Shown: positions 26,001 through 35,000 of the stretch, piece after piece
Layout: each line of letters opens with the position of its first letter
How positions within the stretch are numbered: the first letter of the stretch is position 1
Assembly: GCA_017558005.1 (NCBI GenBank)
Contig: JAFYWN010000014.1
Span: forward strand, 17,902 to 81,901
Direction: 5' to 3'
DNA from: Kiritimatiellia bacterium
GTDB lineage: Bacteria > Verrucomicrobiota > Kiritimatiellia > RFP12 > DVOR01
Length of the DNA: 64,000 nt
The notes under the pieces: model-generated
What the model saw: only the letters and a program-made list of their open reading frames with translations
Told to the model about the DNA's origin: nothing
Databases searched by the model: none
Made by a program: the position numbers and the translations under genes

Positions 26001-29000
26001 TATGTTAAGTTGATGTCTTCCCATGTTGGCTCGGCAAGTGGTAATAAGGTTTATAACATTACTGGTGAAACTGGTGGTGCAAAGCCGAATGTCTACTTGT
26101 ATGGCAGTAAGGGCTGGGGCATGTCGGAGAACAGCGTTGTTCGCGATGTGAAGTTGATTGTGCCGTCTGCTAATAACAATGACTTCTGGTTACGCCCTGG
26201 TGCAACGGATGCGACGGTTGACCTTGAACTTCAAGGCCGTAAGTTGACAGGTGACTCAGGTAATGGCGCCATTGTTTTGGGTGACTTTGTCACGAATGCT
26301 GAAGTGGTCGCAAATGGTAAGTCGTTGAGCGTTCAGACTGGTCGCATCTCGGGTACGGCTGGGTTTGATTCTGCAATTGCAGTTGATAATTCTGGAGCAG
26401 GCTCCTTTACGGTAGCACGTACTTATGGTGCGGCATTGACCATCAATAGTAATGGTAGCGTTACGGTCGCGGAGGGCGGTTCGTTGACGGGCACGGTCTC
26501 CGTGACGGGCACGCTTACCTACGCAACGAATGCTACGCCTACGAATACGATCACCAATAATGGTACGATTACTGCAGATACTGCAACCGTGGATTTGACG
26601 GGCGCAACGATTTCTGGTAATGGTACCTACGGCGTGACGAATAATGGTACGTTGATTTTGAAGGCTGGTACTGAAAATGGAGCTTCGGTAACGAGCGGCA
26701 CCTTAAAGCTTCTCCTTTCGGAAGAAGACCTTGTAAAGGGTTATACCGCAAATGTTGCAGATGGCACGAAGGTCACCTTCGTTGTCGCAGGTGATACGGA
26801 TGGTGATGGCGATGGCTATGATACTGTGACTGAAGGTGTGGATGGTAATGAGTACGCTGCGCCAATGAATGTCTGGACGCCTTCTGAAGATGCAACATGG
26901 GCAAATATTGCCAACTGGTCCAATGAAGCACTTCCTGGTGAAACGGATAATGTTGAAATTCAGATTACGGAAGATACGGAATTGGAATTGACTTCCGATG
27001 TGACGGTCGCAGCTTTGCGTGTAGTCGGCTCTGGCACGCTCACGATTACTGGCGGCAAGTTGACGGCGACCTTCATTGATGCAGAAACGGCGATTAATGC
27101 AGGGGATACCACGCTCGCTTTGGTGCCGATGACCATCAGTGAAAATGTTTCTGTTACCTATAACACTACGGTAGATGCTGCAATGCCTGCCGTGACAGGT
27201 TTGGGTGACTTTGTCAAGACGGGTGCAGCTAAGTTGACGTTAGACAATGCCACGGCATGTGAGGCAACGATTGATGTCACGGGCGGTACGCTTGAATTGT
27301 CTGGTAACCCTGGCAGTGCATGGACGTATGCTTATTCGGGTGTGTATCGCTTCATTGCTCGTGAAAGTACGACGATTGATATCGCGAACGCGTTTATTGA
27401 CATGCCTTCTACGGAATCTGAAATTACGCTTAAGGGGGGCGCACTCTTAAACATCAAGAATGGTAATACTTGGGAAAATCGTCGTAGCATCGGTGCAAAG
27501 ATTCTCATTGAAGAATCGTCTGCCGGAAAGCCTGCAATCATTAAGGGCTCTACGAATGGTGATTATTCTAAGTTGACGGGTGGCATCACGGGTTCTGGCG
27601 TCCTTGAAATTCAGGGCAATGGTAATACCTTTGCAATTACGGGCGCGATTAAGGACCAGGAAAATGCACAGCTCGCTGTGAAGATTAATACTGCGAATGG
27701 CGTGACCTTCTCTGGTGCAAATACCTACACTGGTGGAACGGAAGTTGCCGCAAATGCTTTGCTTATGGTGAATACCTTCGGCAATCTTGGTAACTCGGGC
27801 ACGATTAATGTGCAGGGTAAGTTGCAGTTCTCCAATAGTAGCAATAGTGGTACTAACAATCAAGACGCGAATGCGTGGGCTCGTTTGCAGGGAAGTGGAA
27901 CTATCCAGTTTGAAAATGCTTCGGGCAATAATTGGTATGCAATCCGCTCGATTGCAACAACATTGGATGTCGTGAATAATAATCGCGATCCTAATACTCA
28001 AGATACCGATGACCATGGTGGTCTTGTTGTTACGCATGACGCTACGATTGGTACGCTCTCTGGTGAAGGCTGGTTCCGTTCTGACCTGAACAATTCAAAT
28101 CGTACGTTGACGATTGTGCAGAGCAAGGCTTCTGAATTCTCGGGTTACTTCAAGAGCTATGCGAACTCTGGTGGTCGTAAGTTGAATGTGCTCGTTCAGT
28201 CGAATGATGCGACTCCGAAGACGTTGACGTTGTCGGGTAATAGTATTCATGGTGCAAATGACGCAGATGTGAATACCTTGACCATTGACACAACGGGTTC
28301 TGTTTGCTTGACGGGTTCGTGGCAGGGTAACCTGACGAACAATGGTATTATCTCTGGCCGTGGTACGATTACGGGCACGCTTACCTTCGGTAACGCAGCA
28401 ATGTTGGATGTGTCGACAGGTGAAATCCTCACGGCCAATACGCTTGCAGATTTGCCGGCTGAGCTTACCGTGAAGGTGGCCAATGCTCTTGAAGTGGGTG
28501 GTGCGCTTGACATCATGACCACGATGGCTACGCCCAATACCGCATCGACGACGGTGACCGTAAAGGTGGGTAAAGAAGCGGTAAAGGGCATCTATTCGCT
28601 CGTAGCCACGGGCACCACACTTCAGCTTGTGCGTGGTGAAGATTCGCTCATGGGCTCCGTCTATCTCGCTGATTCGAATGCAGCTTTGACTGAAAAGGTT
28701 GATTCGGGCAAGATGGGTGATGGCGATCAGTGGGGCGTTCAGATTGATATGGATGCCGCGAATCCGTATGGTCCCGGCTGGCAGGCAACGCAGGCACTGA
28801 AGACCTTCTCTGTGGTTCGTGCAAAGAATGACGTTTCTCAGTCTTGGGAAAACATAACGGTCTCAATTGTGGATATTGAAGACACAACGACCGTTTTGGC
28901 TACTTCCGAGGTGGGCGTTGAAGAAACAGATTACATTTTGACCTACTCGGGTGGTGGTACGGAAGGTCGTAAGTTGTTGACCTTCACCTTTGCTACCGCG

Positions 29001-32000
29001 GTGAACTTGGATGCGTCGAAGACCTATCAGTTCCGCTTCAATGAAGCTCGTAAGATTCGTATGATTCACATTCAGTCCATTTCGGATGGCGCGAAGAATA
29101 CGAGTGCAATCAATGTGTTGAATAGCAATTTCGTTGTTGAAAAGGCTACGGAGTACACGCCTATTGTGGAGCTCGGTGTTGAAATTCCTGCATTGGTGAT
29201 TAATGCTTCGGCTGTGCCTGTGGATGTGGCAGAAGTCCCGACGACGTTGGCGCTTGACACCGCATCCTTCATGGGTGGTTATGGCACGACTTATACTGTG
29301 TTGAATTACACGGGTGAAGGCGATGCAAATTGGCAGGGTATGACTTACTATGGTTTACCTGAAGGCGCAGAAGTGTTCACGACGGATAAGACTTGGGGCT
29401 TCACCATGAAGATGATCCGCGTGCTTCCGATTGGTGACTCGATTACGGCTGGTTTGGTGACGTATCACAACAGCTCTGCTAATTGGCACGTGGCTGGCGG
29501 TTATCGTCTCCCGCTTTATCAGTACATGACGCAGGCTTATGGAGAAGGTAAGGTGAAGTACCTCGGTACGTCGACTTATCCGACCTCTGTAACTGGCGAT
29601 AGTTCTCAGAATAGCTATGAAGACCGTGACATTGATTCGGTGACGTTGACAGAAGCAGGTCAGCTGAATCATGAAGGTCACAGCGGTGCGACATTGGATG
29701 GTAATAATTGCCAGATGTATGACCGCTTCAAGAACCAGAAAGTCTTGGATATCATTGCAGAGCAGGGTGCTCCTGATGTGATTACGCTCCACCTCGGTAC
29801 GAATGACTTCGGCATGGGTAGCGATACGGTTGATACGGCTAAGGCTGACATGAAGAAGTTGCTCTTCTTGCTTAATGGCTCGGGTACGGGTGAGGCTGGC
29901 GATACTCCGCTCTATCCGAATGCAACCATCTTCGTGGCAAAGATTATCCCGCGTTCTGGCGATATCACGACGAATAAGCTCAAGCCCTTCAATGAATGGT
30001 TGACGACCTATGTCGAAGAACTCAACTCTGACAAGTTGGTCTTGGTTGATTTGAATATGGCATGCAACTATGGTCTCTTGCGTCACGATGGCTTGCATCC
30101 TTCTACGGAAGGTTATAGCCGCATGGCACAGAATTGGTTCGTCAACATTGAAGCTGCTTTGCCTCCGATGGGCGCAGATGCTTCGATTGCCTCCGTTGAT
30201 GCTCGCGTGGCGAACACCTTGAAGGTGACCACCAATAAGGCAATCAATGCTGCGCTTACGCAGACATGGACGCTTGATAAGGATGCGACTGTTACGGCTG
30301 CTAAGATTGCAGATGATAAGCGCACAGTCATCTTGACGGTGGAAGGTGTTGTTGCTAACACGGAATACACCTTGACGGCAACGAACCTCTTTGCAGCAGA
30401 TGACTCTGTGACAAAGACCTTCTCCACGACCGCTGATATTCACACCCCGAAAACGGATGTGGTTGAAAGTGATCGTGCAGGTGCTGTAAACACGGCTGGC
30501 GTCTTGAAGGCCGCAGAATGGACGACCTTCGCAGGCTTCGCTACGGGTTATACCTCTCCGATTGGCTATATGCCTGAATCGGGTCGTCCGTGGCAGCTTG
30601 ACGTGCGTGGCACGAACGTGCCGACGGTGACGGATGGTGTTCTTTCCTTGAATGGTGCTCCGCTTACGGTGAACTTCAAGGATGGTCACATTGGTACGAC
30701 AAAGAGTGTGCGCACGACCGTGATGGAAGTGTCAAATCTCTCTGCTGGCGATGTCCTCTTCACCGAAACCGGAAATGGTAATGAATTGAATAAGATTACC
30801 GTTGAGGATGCGGATACCTTGACTTGGAATTCTGGTTCTGTCGAAACGATTGAATTGGCAGGCTATGGCATTAACCTCACGGACGATATCCCTGAAGTGA
30901 TCACCGAAACCTTCGCTGCTATCGGCGGTGGCTATAACTGCAAGTTGACGGTCAATGGCATCGAAGTGGCTACATCTAACTGGGTTAGCTCGGGAGAATG
31001 GGTCAATGGCAATTGGACCATTGGTGCGAATAGCACGGCTACCGCAGGTAGCACGACGATGAAGCTCTATCGCCTCTCCTTCTATGAAGGTGCTGCGACT
31101 GTGGTGGTGCCGAACTTTGCCATCATCAATGTGGGTGAAGAAGCTGGTCAGTACACCTCTTGGAAGGCTGCTCAGACGGCTTTGGGCTTTGAAGATGCTA
31201 TGACAGCTGTGACGATTAACTTCACGGCTGCAGATCAGACCTTCACCTTCGATAATGCTGAAGCCGTGACGATTGATGCTGTGACGGTACAGGGCACTGC
31301 TGGCGGTACGATTGCGAAGGCTGATGGTGCTGGCACGGTGACGGCTACGAATCTCGCCATCAACACCTCGGTGAAGATGAATGATGACGCCATGGCCCTC
31401 ACGGGTGATGTGGCTATCGCAGCAGATTGCGTCTTGACCTATAATGTCGGTGACGGCATGACCGTGAACGCCACGCACTCCGGCGCAGGCTCGATCGCAG
31501 TGACGAGCGCTGGCGTGTATGGCAGCACGGGCTTGACCGTAACCAAGACTTGCGGTGTGAACGTCTCCGTGAGTGACTACGCTGTGTATGTCGCAGATGT
31601 TGAACCGGGTAATACCAATTCGGAAAGCATGACTAAGGCTTTCGCCAATAATACCACGGTGACTGTTGCCGAACAAGGCGTGCTCTCCTTGAAGCAGGGT
31701 ATCTCCTTCAATACGATTAATAGCGCAGGTACGGTTAGAGTGGACGGCACGTATACCTTAGGTTTCGGCCAGGGTGAAAATGAAGGTTCGCTCACTACCG
31801 CGCACTTGATCGTTAATACGAATAACACGCTTAAGGTGAAGGCATTCCGCGCGATTGACATGGTGGCCACTGGCACCATCTGCGTGTATGGTTCGATTGT
31901 TAAGGATGAGAATGGTTCTGCTACACCGAACTTGAAGGTGACGGCGGCTTCTACCTTGTCCATTTGGGGAACCGATGGTGCAATTAGCCTTCCGGTTATC

Positions 32001-35000
32001 TTCGAAGATGGCGCAACCATTTATAAGGCAGCGATTCGTTATGCTCCTGTAGATGACTCCATCACTTTGGGTGCTGCAGTCACCTTGCCCGCACAGTTGG
32101 CGATTACGTTGCCGAATGATGGCATGCCGACGGAAGAAACCCCAGCGGTGCTCTTGAAGACGACCGCTTTCGTAGGCAATGAAGGTGTCCATACGGCGAC
32201 CTTGAATGTGAATGGTCGTATCACTGATGAGTATGTGCTCTACAAGACGGCGGAAGCTGTGGAATTGCGTTATGCTCCGTGGACGATCGTGACGTCGGCA
32301 ACCGCTTCTGGCGATGTGAATACATGGTCTGAAGTGCTCGCAGATATGGAAGCCAAGCGTCAGCGTTTCGACACGACGGCAAATCCGTCGCTCGTGATTG
32401 ACTTCGGTTCGGGCAATGAACCTGGTACCTTCACCTTTGATATGGGCGAAGGCGATCCGTTGGATGGTAACGCTGTCTTCACGCTCGGTACGGTTACGAT
32501 TCAGGGTTCTGCAGGTGGTACGGTTGCAAAGACCGGGTCTGCAAACATCTCTGCAAATGCGACGAAGGTCAACACCAATGTTGAAATCGCACAAAACACG
32601 ATGGAACTCGGTACAACCACGCTCGCAGCAGGTTGCACCTTGACGGTGAATGACGCTGCAGCGCTCGGTACGGATGCAGGTCGCCTCACGGCAACGGCTA
32701 CGAGCACGGTGCGTGTGGTGGGTGTGAATAACAACAGCGTGAACTTGGGCAACTGGGTCAGCAACGCTTCGAACCTCACCTTGAACAATGTGAAGGCATA
32801 TCTCTACGACTGCACGATTGGTACCTTGACCTTGGAAGGTGACTTCCAGATGAATAATGGTACGACCAATAAGAAGAAAACGCAGTGCGTGACGGTGAAT
32901 ACCCTTGCTGGCACTGGCACCTTCATTGGCCATCAGAGCTCGGAAGTGTGTATCGCAGTGAATGTCAAGTCTTGGACGAACTTCACGGGCTCCATTGACC
33001 TCTCGAATGAGAAGTCGAAGAACACCATCTTCTTCTTCGGTACGGCTCCTCAACGCTTTATTGATGCCGCTTCGAATGCGTATGACGCAGATGATGCTCA
33101 GGAATACTTCGCAAATGATTACGGCACCGTTTATGTGACGGTAGGCAACACGGTGGCTACGGCTGCTACTTCTACTTGGAAGCTTCAGAAGCTCGTGGTG
33201 GAAACGAACGCAGCCTTCCAGATTAACGGCTGGGCGACAATCGCAACCTCTTGCACGGGCGCTGTGACGGTTGAAAATGGTGGCGTTTTAGACCTCCGTA
33301 CGCTTACGGATGCTCAGCTCGAGGTTATCAATGTGACGGTGAAGGCGGGTGGTCGTTTGCTCGTGAACACGGGCGCAACGGTGCCGGCTATCATCGTCTT
33401 CGAAACGGGCTCCATCCTCGGTGTTGCTACGAAGCATGTGGAAGATGTGGGTAACGCTACCTTGACGGTGAATGTGGATGGCACTGCTGCTACCGTGCCC
33501 ACGATTAAGGGTTATCACATGGACGGTGTGACCGAACTCGATAACTGGAAGAAGAATGATCAAACTTCTTCTGAAGGTGAATTCAAGTTCAACTTTGATC
33601 CTGTCTTCGATGGTGAACTCTGCTGGTGGGCGTATGAATTCGATAACGAAGTGAATACATCGCCTGAATCGAATCTTGGACCGATTAGCACCGGTCGCGA
33701 TAAGGGCCGCATGAACTTCGACGGTCGTGGCGACAGCAACCGCGTCTGCCAGGATAACGAATATGTTGATCATGGCGATGGCACGAAGGCTATTCGCGTG
33801 GCGTCCTCTCCGTGGCGTAATGTGGATGGCGGTTACCCGACTGCCTTCACGGCCGCGATGTATGGTACGCTCACCGAAAATCGTAATCGTATCATCATGG
33901 GCTTCGGTTCTTCTTACAATCAGAAGTATACGATCGCTTTGGTGACGGGTGCCTCCACAGATGAAGTGCGCCTTGTCTTGCAGAAGGGGTGGAATGAAAA
34001 TAATACGGATTATCCTGAAGATGCCGTGATTACGCTTGCCACCACCACGGTGCCGAATGCAGTCACCGAAAATCACCTCTTCGCCTTCTCTTATGAGCAG
34101 TTCGATTCTGATGCAGACAAGACCTTGGACTCGACGCGCATTATCTTCTATGTGGACGGTGAAAAGTATCAGCCCTTCACGGCGAAGGCTATCATTCCGC
34201 TCGGCAATGGCTTCCAGATGGGCTCCATTCATGGCGGTTGGCACAATTCGCTCACGCGTATGAATGGCGATGACGTAAACTGCACGATGGAATATCTCCG
34301 CATTTACGATCAGATTCTCCCTGAATCCGTCTGGACGGCGATGTCTAATGAGTACTCTTACATGTCGAAGAATGGTCGCGCCACTCGTACGATCGTGGAG
34401 GGTCAGGATACGACATGGAATGAAGGTACTGAGTGGACGCAGATCCGCGCTGTGAAGGATGGCAATGGTGGCTATGTGCTTGATGCAGAAGGTCATGTGA
34501 CCTTTGATAACGGCACGGATGTTGAAAAGCCTGACCATGGCGAAAATGTTGGCACGCAGGTGGTGCTCAATGTTGATGGCGCGAACACGCTCTTCTTGAA
34601 CGAATTCTACTCGAGTCCGATTCAGGAAGGTGAAGTTTCTAAGCTCTACTATGAACGCTTGGAAATCAATCCTGTGGAAGGTGGCGATGAAGACAGCCTC
34701 ACCCTCTGGGCGGGTCGTTTGAATCCTGAGATTGAGGAAGAGGATTCGCTTAAGAATAGCCAGTCGGCTGTGATTACCGTTCAGGGTTACACGAAGATTA
34801 ATACGAATGTGACCATGGCGCACAACGTGGCCTTCCTCTCCGGTCCTGTGGCCGTGGCAGAAGGTAAGACCTTGACCTTCGACTTCTCGGGCTTCGATGT
34901 GATGAAGGTGCCCTCGATGCCGACGGAATACCGCCTCACGGGCTTCCTTGATGAAGTGACGCGTGATCGCGTGAAGCACAACTTCCGTGACGATGACTTG

